From contig CP075493.1 of the NCBI GenBank assembly GCA_021613535.1, positions 17,670,001 to 17,734,000 of the forward strand: a stretch of DNA of 64,000 bases, written 5' to 3'. The DNA comes from Adineta vaga. Taxonomy: Eukaryota; Animalia; Rotifera. Shown here one piece after another: positions 26,010-40,133 of this stretch. The translations under genes and the position numbers were made by a program. The notes under the pieces were generated by a model. That model was not told where the DNA came from. It saw nothing but the letters and a program-made list of their open reading frames with translations, and did no database searches. The number at the start of each line of letters is the position of its first letter. Position 1 is the stretch's first letter.

Positions 26010-26120
26010 TGGGCTCATCTTCTTCTCTCGACCGAGATATTTATGAAACAATTCTATGTACAAAATTTCAGCTCGATCTTATGTGATTGTGAAGAGTTAT
26101 CGGATAAACGGACGGACACC
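26010..26120 (-). mobile_element. HINE/DINE-1-like dispersed repeat, copy 4 (core only)
   Basis: Reverse complement GTGTCCGTCCGTTTATCCGATAACTC...GCTGAAATTTTGTACA...ATATCTCGG matches 4611-4700. Confidence 0.65.
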
Positions 26121-27012
26121 ATTGTTGCTGGTGACTGAAAGGGCAATGGTATAAATACGAAAGCAGACCATGCAGCAGAAATATATCGGTCATGCCAATA
26201 CGATATATTTCTGCTATTTTTTTTTCTCGGTAAGAATTCCGAATATATAACTATTCACTTTAATGTTGCTGATAAGATAAAAATTGATTCAGATTTACGA
26301 AATACAAATTAGGAAGCGCCACAGTAATCTTTATTAAAAATGAATATGTGTATGTATTTCAGATATAATTTTGTTGATTTTGTCGAACAGAATAAACATG
26401 CCACATGAACAATTACAAGTAGTGGATCCAGTTAGAATAGATACGAAGTTCATTTTGGATGTGTCGCAAGAACAAAATGAAACGATTCCGTCAGAAAAGC
26501 CACAAAACAAATCACAATCACCAAAGAAATTAGAAGCTGAAGAGTTAGAAAATATGCGCGACAGTGTTGATCAGTCTTATACACACAAACATAAGTTAAC
26601 TGATCAGCTAGATTGCCCTATTTCAAATATCTCTTCAGCAGAAAATGGTAGAAAAGATGAAGACCAAACTATGTATTGCGTACGTACATCTTGATTAACA
26701 CAGAAATGTTGAGATAATTTATCTTAATGTGTAGTATGATGTGGAAGCCGTGTATTACATAGAACTCGAAGAAGAAGAAATCGATAAAATAAATATACAA
26801 ATGTTGTTGTTTATTCTAGTTGAAAAGAAAATTACTAAAATAAAAGAAATTGCTTCGTATTTTATTATCAGTCATAATCATGATTGTGTCACTATATATG
26901 TTATTCGAGATTATACACATTTTCTATCTTTGGAAAGACATCAGAAAATCATTTCATTATCGGTGATTTTACACTGCCGAGATTATCTTCATTACTACGA
27001 TCGATCTCGAAT

Positions 27013-27062
27013 AGGATGTGGGTGGGTGTCTCTGTTACTCACGAACACACCCACACCCTCAA
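27013..27062. repeat. Telomeric-repeat hairpin
   Basis: AGGATGTGGGTGGGTGT-ctctgttactcacga-ACACACCCACACCCTCAA. Confidence 0.75.
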
Positions 27063-27387
27063 AGAACTTTATTTCTGTTTTACAATCAATGCGTGCAGCG
27101 TCCGGCGACATCTGTATTGTACATTGTGGGTAATATACTTTTCATTAACGAATCGAACTTTCTTCACTTTTGTTATCGAACCCTTCTCATAGACTGTTGA
27201 CCCTTAATTTCTTCACTAAGACATATAGCAAAGATATGAATAAAAAATTTTCAGAGAGAAAAAGCAGTTTTGCGATTGTGAAATATTTCTCTAATAAATA
27301 TAGGAATGTTAGGGAGGCAATTGCCTGTCTTCACTTTTCAAACCGATCAAACTTTACAATACTCAACAACAAAAAAGGCTCAAATCA

Positions 27388-29146
27388 ATGGTGAGCAATA
27401 TAAAAACATCTCAACAAATAGATGATGCTTCAAAGGAACGACTTGATTATTACCGTCTAAATATTCAAAGATTACAAAATGTTCTTCTTATTTGGTTAGA
27501 TAGTAACATCGATACGACCACTGAGGATTACCAGAACACTATCGTTGAATTGCAGCGTATTATCAATACTGTTAGTACATATACCAATAGTGATCAATGC
27601 ATTGAATTCATCAAAACTATCAAAGATCATAAGGTATGTATGATTCTTTCCGGATATCTTGGTCAATATCTTATACCCAGCGTCCATAATATGTCTCAAG
27701 TGGACTCAATTTTTATCTTATGTGGCAACAAAAAACGACATGAAGAATGGACTAAAAAATGGCCTAAAATCAAAGGTTTTTACTGAAATCGAAACTACTT
27801 GTGAATCTCTCAAACAATAAGACGCTCAACAATGTGAACAAAATGCCATATCCATGAGTTTTGTCCGATCTGGTAAAAAGTTGGATCAACTCGATCCATC
27901 TTTTATGTATACACAAATTTTAAAAGAAATCTTATCCACGATCAAATTCGACAATACACATATCAAAGAATATCTCGTCTACTGTCGCAAGATTTTTGCT
28001 GATAATAAAATATTAAACAGATGGAACAGAAATATCATGAGAAGACTCCAATATGGTGGTACTCCTGCGAGACTTTCTTATATCCCATGCTAAATCGCGG
28101 AATCCGTATGATAGATGGGAATATAATGACAAGAATGGGTTTCTTTCTGAATGATCTACATCGACAGATCGAACAATTACACAAAGAACAACAAATTATT
28201 GAAATCTTTACAGTTTATCGTGGACAAGGTCTATCGCCGACATGATTTTGAACAACTAAAGCAAACAATAGGTGGATTAATGTCATTTAACAATTTCTTA
28301 TCCACCAGCAAAGTTCGACAAGTTTCACTTGGTTTTGTTAAATGCATTGCAAGCAATATAGATTTAGTTGGAATTCTTTTCGTAATGACAATTGATCCGA
28401 AAAAATCAACAACACCATTTGCTTCAATTCGTGACATTAGTGCTATTTCAGATGAAGATGAAGTGTTGTTTTCTATGCACAGTGTATTTCGAATTCACGA
28501 TATCAAACAAATGGATGGAAATAACAAACTCTTTGAAGTGAATTTAACTCTTACTAGTGATAAGGACACAGAATTAACTGCACTTACTGAGCGCATACGA
28601 GAAGAAAGTGTTCCAGACGAAGAGGGATGGGCAAGATTAGGTTTAGTATTAAGGAAGATGGGTCAAAATGACAAAGCTGAAGAGATTTTTAAAATATTAC
28701 TCAATCAAAGAATGGAAGAGAGTGAAAAAGCAGCAATTTATCATCAACTTGCCTGGATAACAAATGATCAAGCAAAATATCAAGAGGCAATCAAGTACTA
28801 TGAAAAATCACTTGCCATTAAAGAGAAAATTCTTCCTCCTAATGATTTTCAATTGGCTGTATCTTACAATAATATTGGTTTGGTGTATGCGAACGTGGGT
28901 AACTATTCAAAAGCATTTTCGTATTATGAAAAAGCTCTTGACATCAAAGAACAATTACTTCCTCGAAATCATCCTCTTTTAGCTACATCTTACAACAATA
29001 TCGGTTCGGTGTACTCTAACAAGCGCAATTATTCAAAAGCACTTTCATACTATGAAAAAGCTCTTGTAATCAAACAACAATCACTTCCTTCAAATCATCC
29101 TTGGTCTCAACAAATGACAAACAATCTTCAACGTGTAAAAAGGTGA
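27388..29146 (+). pseudogene. ADP-ribosyltransferase (R-S-E type) plus TPR protein, frameshifted
   Basis: IWLD N-terminal domain, PIWWY, VYRGQ, FLSTS and EDEVLF motifs, then TPRs (YNNIG.VY...ALSYYEKAL), split across four ORFs by frameshifts. Confidence 0.85.
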
Positions 29147-29280
29147 GAGAAAGATGTAAATATATACGTTCATCTTCATCCTCAAAACTTTTATTTTAGA
29201 TTACAATGAGACAATACTAACTCAAATTACATTTAGTATAAGACATTTAAATCATGTCATTTAGTTGTTGCATATTGAGC

Positions 29281-29890
29281 TCACGAATCCACCGTAGCCA
29301 TCGGTCTTACTCTTCTTGCCGATACGACAGTAGATAAATGACGTGGTTGTCTTGGTGATATACAGATAGGCATGTCGCAATTCCAATACTTGCTATTGAG
29401 TATTGGTATTGCGACATGCCTATATACAGAAGATTTTCTTCTTGATCGTTTTGCGTAATTCTGGATATTGACTTAAAGCTGTAAATGGAAAGAGTAAAGT
29501 AATATAATAACTGAAAAAGTAGAAATAAAGACGAGCTTGAACACCATATTCTGATGGTAAACTACATATATAAGCAAAAGTAATAAGATAAATTGGTAAA
29601 TTAATACACATATTAATACCAGTTACCAAACATAATTGAATAATCATTCGTCTTTGTTTACGCCATTAATCAGATTGATGAAGACGTCGTTTTTGCCATT
29701 GAACACGTAAAATAAGAGCAACACTAATAATTCCTTCCAATAGAATAGGTGTCCAATTATTAACAAATAAATCCCAAAGACCAAAAACACGATAAGATTG
29801 ATAACATGGTGATTCTCCACATACTGGTACTGTATAATCATAACTATTTTCACAAGGTATAAAGAAAACAGCTATAATATAAAAGAGAAA
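29281..29890 (-). pseudogene. 3' fragment (TM4-TM7 and tail) of a rhodopsin-like GPCR
   Basis: FFIPCENSYDYTVPVCGESPCY...LRVQWQKRRLHQSD*WRKQRRMIIQL (TAA at 29666-29668); tail interrupted by a MITE; 5' part missing at the 29891 hairpin. Confidence 0.8.
29367..29422. mobile_element. 56-bp hAT-type mini-MITE
   Basis: TIR TAGGCATGTCGCAAT / ATTGCGACATGCCTA, near-complete hairpin, perfect 8-bp TSD TATACAGA (29359-29366, 29423-29430). Confidence 0.9.
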
Positions 29891-29973
29891 AGGGTGGGTG
29901 TGGGTATATCTTCTTCGTCCACACGCACAACCAAACCCAGACCCACACCCTCACACCCACATCCACACCCTAG
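29891..29973. repeat. Telomeric-repeat hairpin (CCCTAG-ended type)
   Basis: AGGGTGGGTGTGGGT-atatcttcttcgt...-ACCCACACCCTCACACCCACATCCACACCCTAG; loop related to the 17548 copy. Confidence 0.8.
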
Positions 29974-30461
29974 AGTGAGATACCACATAATCAAAGTTCG
30001 GTATACACCGTCAGATACTTATCATAATGAAGACAAACATTTGAAACTTATCGACATGTTTCACTTTCTCATATGTAATATTTTGTGACTATAGCACCAA
30101 GTATACACTCGTTACTTTTTCATCACAAAGTTCTAATATCTTGAAAAGTCTTCTTTCACTGCGTATTGATACATAATGGTAATATTCATCTGGAATTACT
30201 CAATCAATTGGAAATGTACTCGAAACAATAAATTGGACATTATTGTTTTGTTTCGGGAGAGAAAAGTATTTTTCAAAAAGCATGTAAATGAATAGTATAT
30301 TTGTGAGTGATATGCAACGAAAAAGAGACATAAAATACAAATAGAACATAATGAATGTAGAAATGATCAGATTATTTCTGTAAAGAATATATTTCTATTG
30401 TTAATCTAATAATCATTGATTGATAGTTTGAATTCTTTTGTTATCTCTCGAAAAACATTCA

Positions 30462-32989
30462 TTAATTAATATTGAATAGTTGAATACGATGATTATTTTT
30501 ATCTGAGACATACAAATTACCATTTTTATCAAAAGATAAATCTTTCGGTTCATTTAATTGATAAGTATTATCTCCTTGTTCATATCCACCTGCAATAAGT
30601 TCACCTTCATTTTCACCCTTACGCCATCGTATAATTCGATGATTTTGAGAATCTGCAATATAGATAGTGCCTTCTTTGTCAACAATTATTCCACTAGGAT
30701 ACCATAGATGTGCTAAATCCTCTCCAGCATTTTGACCTCCTGCTACAAGAATTCCTTCTTTGGCACCTTTTGTCCATTTCATTACTCGATGATTTTCATG
30801 ATCTGATACATAAATGGCATGTTCAGAATCAACGAAAATATAGAGAGCAGTGTTAAATTGATTGTTAGATTTACCTTGTCCATTTCCGCCTGCTACAATT
30901 GTTCCCGATGTCATCTTCTCGCCTCTTTTGTAATATCGTACTGCATGTTCCTCTATATCAGTAATATAGAGAGATCCTTCATCATCTATTGTCAATCCCC
31001 AACAAAGAATATTGTCCACTATTGTTTCTACAGAATTAATCGTATTTTTATGAGAAAATCGAATTACTCGTCGTTTTCCATTATCACTAATAATAAAACA
31101 ATTCTGTTCTTTATCAATAACTAAATCACTTGGTTTAAATAATTCTTCTAAATGATTTCTATTTTCACCAATGACCATACAACCTTCTGTTTCATTCTGT
31201 TTCCATTTCATAATACGATCATTATACCAATCAGCAATATATACTATTCCATCATCATCAACAATAAGTCCATCTGGAAGATATAATTGATTCAATGCTT
31301 TACCTAGTCCATGACCTCCAGCAATAGTAATTCCATTTCTAGCCCATCGTGCATTTGGATGTATTATTGGAATTCCTTTCAAAGTAATCATAAATGTTCT
31401 CATAATTATACAACAAATCTTTGTATATCTTGTTTTTTATGTTAGTATTTTTTTTCTATCTTTCTATTTAGTCATTAGATTTGACTTACTTGAATTGACA
31501 GCATAGAATGATGCGTTTGATTGTTCGAGTTTAAGTGCTCTTTGTTGCCATTTTAGACTATCATCATAAGCCCGATTTTGGCTTTCAATTAAACCAATAG
31601 CTTGATAGATTCTTAATCGTGATAGGTCATCAAATTCAAGAGTTTTAAGGAAACGTTGATAATATTCCGTAGCTAAATTGTCATATCCCATTTGCCACAT
31701 TAATTTACCTAAGGTTTCCAGATTTGTTTCACCATTTCCATTTTGCTTTCGTATATATTTGAGTACTTCTTGTATATCATCATCATCATCATCACATAAA
31801 CGCATTTCTATGATCCATATACGTTCGGTTTCCTGATATATTTTTTCCAGACGAAAGATAGAACCAAACATAAATAATACTTCATTTTCCTCTGGATGTT
31901 GACTGAGATGACTTATGTTAGCAAATGGTTTAGCATCTACCATGAGAGGATCAGCCTCCATTTGAAATAGTATAGGTATCATATCGTCGGATTTTGCCTG
32001 AAGATCCACAAAAAAGGCAGCGACTTGACGATTAGTACTAGTTGACCAAAACGAATTTACAGAAATAAGTTTACCAATAGTTTTTTTAAGAGTTTCGAAT
32101 TCTTTCTTGGAAATATTTTGACCTCGATAGACTTTTATTTGAGATGTCCATTGCAAATCACGTAATTGATGACATATATCGAAAAGAAATGAACGCCAAA
32201 GAAACATCTTATGAATATCTTGTTTGCGTAATATAGTATTTATGTTTTCATAGAAAAATGCCTCTTTAGTATACCACCAAATTGCTTCATCAGATGAATA
32301 AGTACTATGAAACTTGTGAAGAGAATTAAGCTTTGGAATATCATTTTTGTTGTCTTTTTCTGAGTCAGACATTAATTCATTTATATCTTGTTCATTTGGT
32401 TTCATTCGTTGAAGACAATCAATAAGTGTTTGGAGAAAAAGAAATTCACCTCCTACTTCTAAAGTTGAGTTACCTGTATTAATAGCAAATAAATTATTTA
32501 CAGATGATTTTTCTTCTTGTTTGTGATTTCGAAGATTTAAATGAAGTGAAGAAACAAAGTAACTAAGTTTAGTAACGATTATTTTGACCTAAAAATGACA
32601 AATTAATCATGAAAATAGAAATATATTTCTTATTTTACCTTATTAAATTGTTTAAACCATTGTTCATTAGTTGAACTATTTATACCATAAACACAGATTA
32701 AATAAACTTGTTCCAAATTATGAATCATTGGTATTATTTCATTACTTAAATGATTATTAATAAGAATTAAAAGTCGATTATCTTTTGATAGTTTTTCAAT
32801 AAATTGTCTACATAATGTTACATTTTTAAACTTAGTAATCTCATTAATCATATTCCGTAACATATCTTCTTCATTTTGAGTACTATCTGTATTCTTATTA
32901 TCATCAAGCCAAATAAGTTGAAATAATTCAAGACATTTTATATGATTATTTACAGGTAATATTTTTGGTTTTAGTGAACATGTCCCCAT
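30462..32989 (-). CDS. ART-TPR-NHL repeat protein; exons 32989-32639, 32588-31490, 31375-30462
   Basis: Both GT-AG introns keep frame; MGTCS N-terminus; IWLDD domain; AIWWY, VYRGQ, FWSTS, ENEVLF ART motifs; two TPR-like helices; six NHL blades (YVSD..NHR). Confidence 0.88.
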
Positions 32990-33403
32990 ATATTATTAAA
33001 TGATCTAAAATACTAATACAATTGAATAATTAGTTAATCAAAGTTATACACGAGAAATAAGTTTTGTCGAAAGAATTTTTCTTTGTTCTTCTCATTTTCA
33101 ATTGTTTTTTTGTAAGAAAGAAATTTCCAACATTGTAAAACTTTTTCTCTTTCTCTTATCTAATATGTAAGAATATGTTCTTTATCGGAGAAAATGAAAG
33201 CAAATAAACATACTTTGATAAGATCACGTAGTTGTCGTAAATATAATATTATATTTTAAAAAGAATAGTTTGTGTCAACTTGGAAAAAACCATTTAAAAA
33301 TATACGACGTATATAAGAAGTCGAACTCCTTTCGATGATTCTCTACAAGAGAAGTTTCATTTATTAGATCATATTTTGTTTTTAGATCATAAAAAAAGAC
33401 TAA

Positions 33404-36400
33404 ATGAATAGTTTAACAAAAGACTTAAGGAAACACATTGAGAGACGAGCTGGAGAGCACAATTCATCTCTCGTGGCACAGCAACTTATCGATGCAGGAG
33501 CAGATATAACAGCTCAAACAAAAAATGGACCAATGATTCATTCTGTAAGAAATGAAGAACAACGACAACGTCCAATTTTATCTTGGAAAGCTGACAACTG
33601 TTTACTTTTAATTGGAGTTTTACAGAAACAAGCTTCTCGTTTACTTGCTGCACGAGTTCTTTCATCGAATGGTAATAATATCAATGAGATACGTCAGTTA
33701 ATTGATTTAGGAGGGAATACTTATCAATCAGATACATTCGGAGCTTTAGGTTTATTAGGTGATCTTCTTAAACAAGAACGAATATCAATTCAACTCGAAG
33801 TTGTACAAATATTGATCACAAGTGATCAACGTACATATGCTGGTTTAACTGCTGAAAATGGTTCTGGAGAAACATGTTTATCAATTGCAAAAAGTAATCG
33901 AAAGTGTAGCAAAGAAGTAATTGATTATTTACAACTTCAATTCGATAAAATTCTCAATAAAATATCTTTCTCTCAATCATCAATTAATATCAATGAAGTG
34001 ATGAATTGGATTCGACAAGGTGCAAATACAGAAATGACAGATGAGAAAGGTAATACAGTGCTTTCTAATGCTGTACTTACCAATAATTTGGATTTGGTTC
34101 GTATGTTAGTTTCTTGTGGATGTAATATATCTCATAAGAATGCTGATAGACTTACACCATTAGATATAGCAGAAAAGGCTATACCAAAGAATCAATTACT
34201 TATCGCTGCTTTACAAATACAAAGTGTCAATATAGAATTACGAAAACTTATTGAAACAAAGAAATCACTTTTAACTATTGCCGAAGTTAGTACACTGTTG
34301 AGCAGTGGTGCTAATATCAATGCTTCAATAACGAATCATGGGTCTTTATTACATTTATTGATTGCCAATAACGGTACACCAGAAATGGTAACTGCTTTTG
34401 TGAATGAATTCGATGCTGATATTAATATTATGGACACGAGAGGATATCGTCCTATTGAAATATGCGTTCTGATTGAAGAAAAACCATTTGTTGTACTAAA
34501 GACCTTTCTCAAATTATCGAAAATAACGACGTCAATGTTTTTTAATTCAAAATTAAATAGAACATTATTACAATTTGCAACTGAACAAAAACGTACAGAT
34601 GCAGTCAATTTAATTCAAGATATATTGAATGAACGTTTATGGATATATGTAATTGAGAATGGTATTAAGGATTTACTCAATGAAAATGTCATGCTCGAAA
34701 TAAAACAACTTATAAACTATGGTGCACAAATTAATCATAAACATACAGATGAAAATTATCAAGAATGGACTGTTTTACATTGGGCTTGTCAAAAAACAAA
34801 TAAAAACTTTGTTCAATTTCTAATTGAACAAATAAAGGCTAATTATTTAATACAAAACGGAAATGGTAATTATCCTATTAGTATTTCTAGTGAATATGGT
34901 AAGTTATCGATTGTTCAGTATCTACGAGAATTACCTGAATCAAATTTGAATGTAATCAATAAAGATAATGAAACACCACTTCATTTAGCAACTAAAAATC
35001 ATCATCTATTAGTTGTTCGTTTTCTTATTCGATGGGGTGTTGATCCACAAGCTCAAGATTCAAGAAAAAGAACTGCACTCGATATTGCAAAAATAAATGT
35101 AACGAACAATAAACTAGATGAATTAAATGAGAAAAAACTGTTAAGTTTTCTTCAACAACTTATTTGTCCTTCGATAGATAATTCCAAAAATGGAACAGAA
35201 ATAACATCAAAAAAAGCCAATATTGATCAAGATATATGTGAATTAGTAGAGACTATGTCTATCCAATCAATTCAAATCGGAGATACTGATCCAGAAAAAC
35301 GAGGTTCGAAAAGTTTAGGCATTCTTATGAGTACGCCAAATGATAATTTACATGACGCTGCCAAAAAAGGTTTCGTATCTGAAGCAAATCAAGCGATTAG
35401 TCAAGGTGCAGATATTTGTTATCGAAAAAACGGTTTTACACCGTATCAACTCGCCTTACAAACAGCACACGAATGTTATAGCAGATTACAATCATCAAAT
35501 AGTACACTTAATGATCGTCAAAAACTTCAAGAAAAAATGCAATTTTGTCAACAAATAGCAAATATTATTTCACATATTGCTCTTACTAAAATTATCAAAG
35601 CAATTGAACAATCTAATACTGGTCATGTAGTTGCATATCATATAGCTGGAGCATCACTTACAAATGAATTACTTTATTGTACCTGTTCATCATCTGATAA
35701 TGTTGAAATTGTTCATTATCTCATTGAACATAGTAAAGATATTTTCCAATCACTTTACAATTATAATCGACCAGAATCTCCATATAGAATAGCAAAGAAA
35801 AAGAAATTTTATCGTGTATCATCATATATAAAATATTTACTTTCGATTGAATGTAAAAAAGCAATAAAAGAAAATAATCTATCATATGTAAAACAACTTG
35901 TTCATAGTGGTGCAAGTGTTGATACACCAAATACAAATAATTTACAAGTTGCTTTAAAACATCAAAATATGAAATTAATTGAATTTCTTTGTGATAATGG
36001 TGTTAAAATGCCAAAAGAATGGTTAGAAACTTCAAATATTATTTTATCAAATGATATTTGTCAAACAATGTCATCTGATATTGTTCATTGCATCAATCGA
36101 TGTTTAATTAATCGTCGACTTCGTTTTTCAGCAGCTAATGGAAATTTAATTGATGTTATTCGTTGTCAACGTCTTGGTGCAAATATTGATTCAATGAATT
36201 GTTATGGTTCAACAGCTCTTTTATGTTCTATTCAACATGGAAATTATTTTTCTATTATTTATTCATTAGTTTCATGTGGTGCTTCAATATTACATTATAA
36301 TGAAGATGAACCAATGTCATTAATTGATATAGCTAAACAAAAACAATATAATATGATTGATAATTATTTAATGAAAGAATTAAATACACAATTTATTATA

Positions 36401-39400
36401 TCAATTATAAATGATGATCGAAAAAGTGCGGAAAAATTTCAAGAATTTGGCGTAGATTTTAATTATCAAGATGAACAAAAACGAACAGCATTACATTATG
36501 CTGTACAATATCATGGTATTGATCTTGTCAAATGGTTATGTGATCGAAGAAGTTTACCAATGTCAGCTGATGTCAATGGTGATTATCCAATTATTTTAGC
36601 AACACAAAAAGGTTCGTTTTTTTTATTTATTTGAATTTTTCAATTAATGATCCTTGTTTTATTTCTAAAGGTGATTATCCTGTTGTAGAATTCTTCATTC
36701 TCAAATATCCGGCTACAAGAACACAAACTAATCAAGCTGGTCTTACAGCTTTACAAATAGCACAACAACATAGGTATGGACGAATTGTACAACTTATCGA
36801 AACTGGTAAACCGGTGATTTCATCTGATGATGATAAAAAACCACAAGGTCCAAAATATACACTTTCACGACTTCGACAAGCTGTTCGAAAAAGTCAAATT
36901 GATATTATTCGAGAATTTCGTGAAGAAACTTATGACTCATTAGATGAAAAACGACAAATATGTTATGAAATTGTACAATTAGCTGAAAATTGTAAACAAT
37001 TTCAAATTTTAGATATTCTTAAACCATATTTTGAGAATGATCTTAAACCAAATCTCTCATCAAATATTGCTATTGGTGATGTAGTTACATTAAATAAAAC
37101 ATATAAACCAATTCTTTTAGGATTTTTAACTGGATTAGGTAATGTTATTACTGATTGTCATATTTCAATTGATCCAAATGATCCAAAAACTTATAAAGAT
37201 CTTTTCTCTAGTCTTGGATCAAAATTAGTTGCACGATTGAAACAATTAAAAAAAGTTGAAAATGAACAAGATATAAAGAAAGTTTATCAACAAGATTCAA
37301 ATCATATGAAAGAAAAATTAAATAAAATAAGAGAAGAACTTGAAAAATTAGAAGAAACAAAAAAAGAAACAATATTTCGTATACAAGAACATAATGATCA
37401 AATTTCAAAAGAAAAAGATTTATCTGCATTACAAAGAAAATCTTTATTTGAAAAAAAAGAAGAATTTGAAAAACAATTAATTGCATATGAATGTTCAATT
37501 TCTCTTTATCAACGTGAACAAGAATCGATCTTAAATCGACAAAATAAACTTGAATTTATGAAAAATGATTTTAGTTCATATTTATTTTATCAAACTATTG
37601 AAAATCGTTTAGAATCTTTATTTCAGAATGTTCTTGCTGCACAATCAGGTCAATTACAAATAACAAAGAATTCAACAACAACAACAACAGCATCTATTAA
37701 AACAGTATCATCATCATCAGCACTTCTAGCATTTTGTAAGTACAATGTTTATTATCTTTAAATATATAATTTAATATTTTGTGAAACACGATCTGAAAGA
37801 GAGTGTTGAAGTGTTTATGGGCAGAAATTTGCACTCACCCCCCCCTCCCCCCACAGACGTGACCGACAAAATTTGTCAAAACCAATGCATTTACCCATCA
37901 CAGACGTGACCGACAAAAGGATTTCGACATCACAGACGTGACCGCTGAACTGACTGCCCCGTCAATACCTCATAGTGAAACTAACGAAGACCATATTTGT
38001 CTATTATATTCAGAGTGACGATCACGAATGTATTGAAATATTCTTTATTAATAAAAGATGAGGTGAGTTAAAAAGAAAAGTGTTGAATCTGGAAATATTT
38101 CTGTGTGAGAGAAAACGTTCATTAGAGCTCACTATTATTGAAATTGCAAATGATAATGTGAGAGAGCTTCATCGTGTTTCACATTTTTAATCCCGTAAGG
38201 GATTACGCTGAAAGCTTTTTCCATTGGAATGAATTTAATTGAGAAAATAAAAGAGTTATTTACTATATTGATAAGATTAATTATAGTTCTACGATAGAAT
38301 TGTGTATAACTAATATGTTTCTTTATATATCTAGCTGATGTGATTTTAAGTGCAGTGAAAGAAACATTTAATAAAATATTATCAAAATTAAATCAAAAAG
38401 AACAAAAACAAGAATATGATAATATTTCTACGATTGGAACTATTGCAGAAATTAAACGAATCGCATCAGATACAGCTGGACTTATGACATTATATTATAA
38501 AGAACAAATACAATCTATTGATACAAGTTGTAAAATAACAGGAACTAATCCTTATAATGATCAATTTAATTGGATAAAAGATATTTTTATAAATATTCCA
38601 GATGAAACAACAGAAGATATTCCTATTGTTATTATTGCTGATTATATAACAGCATGGATTATTCATGTTATTAAAGTTAATAAAAAAGAGATTCAATTAG
38701 ATAAACCATTACCACAACAATTGTGGTATTTAGTTGCTAAAACTAATCCTATTGAACAGGAAACATCAAATAAAGTATCAGATGTCGTTAATATAAAAGC
38801 TGGACAACAGAAAATTCCTTTAAAAAAGAAAATAAATAATGAAGAAAATCCAATGCATGTACAATTACAATATCTCATTGGTTGTGTATCAATTGTAGGT
38901 CTTAAAGGAGAAATCTATCAATATTCAATCTCTTCTGAACAATCAACTAAAGAAGATTTTGCTGATATTGATATTTTTGGTTATGTTTATATTTCATTAT
39001 TTTCCTCCGATGAAAATATACTTCAATCTATTGTTACAGAGAGAAAAATGAAATTAGCCATGAGAAATGATCAAAATGATATTGTTACAAAACTTAATGA
39101 AATGAAACAACTTGCAACAGTATTCAATCTTGAGGAAATAGAACAAGCAAGTCAATCCTATATTACAAAAGATTCAATTAAACAAATAGCAGAAGTATTA
39201 CGTGATCAAAAGACATTTGTCAATGCATCAGATGTAAGAGATGAATTAGATAAAGCTCGAAAAGTAATTGGTTTCAATGTTGATGCTTTAAAAGAAGATA
39301 TTGAAAAGAAAGTTGAATTTTATCAAACATCAATTAATGCTGCACATGAACAAATTCAACAAGAATCGATAAAAAATCGAAAAACTATGGAAAAAGATAA

Positions 39401-40133
39401 TGAAGAACGATATAATCAATCAATAAATAAATTATCTCAACAATTAAAAGAAATGAAAATTAATTTAGAAGAAATTATTAATCAACGATTGAATTCTATT
39501 CAAGATGAAATGAAAAAAAGAACGGATGAAATATTAACAATTGCAAAACAAGCAAAAGATCATTCAAATAATGCATTGATTCAAGCTACAAATGCTGCTC
39601 AACAAAGTGAAAAATCTTCGAAATCAAGTGAAGAAAATACAAAATATTCTCAACAATTAGTAGAATCAACTGAACAACGTAAACAAGAAATGGAATTAGT
39701 TATTAATCAATGTGAACAAAGAATTAAAACAACAACATCAGATATGAAAGATTCATTTGAACAAAATGTTTCAGGAATTCGTATAAAATTTGAAAAACAA
39801 CTTGATCATATGAAACAAGTTAATAATGAAATGGCAATAAATACCAAAGAATCATCAAAAGCTGCTCAAGATGCTATGTCAAATTCTCGACAACTTACAA
39901 AAATAACAAATGAACAACTTCAAATTCAAAAAACCGAATCAAAAAAATTATTATCAGAAGCTCAAGAAGCACATCGTTCTAGTGAACAATCTTTTCAATT
40001 TTCTAAAATAGCTGAAACACATGCGAAAAGAGTTGTGGATTCAAATACAATCGAAATCAATAAATTAAATGATATGTTTAAAAAAATGCAAGAAACAATA
40101 CAAAAATTAGAGAAAAAACTTGAATCAAAATAA
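33404..40133 (+). CDS. Large ankyrin-repeat plus coiled-coil protein, ~2,023 aa; exons 33404-36611, 36671-37735, 38335-40133
   Basis: Many ankyrin motifs (ETPLHLA, RTALHYA, GADI); both GT-AG introns restore frame; long coiled-coil C-terminus; no internal stops. Confidence 0.88.
37852..37944. repeat. Three direct copies of CACAGACGTGACCG in an intron (probable TE remnant)
   Basis: Exact 14-mer at 37852, 37899 and 37931, after a poly-C tract. Confidence 0.7.

Noticed and set aside
26371-26694. 107-aa hydrophilic ORF
   Set aside because: May be an isolated exon, but no recognisable domain or supportable gene model
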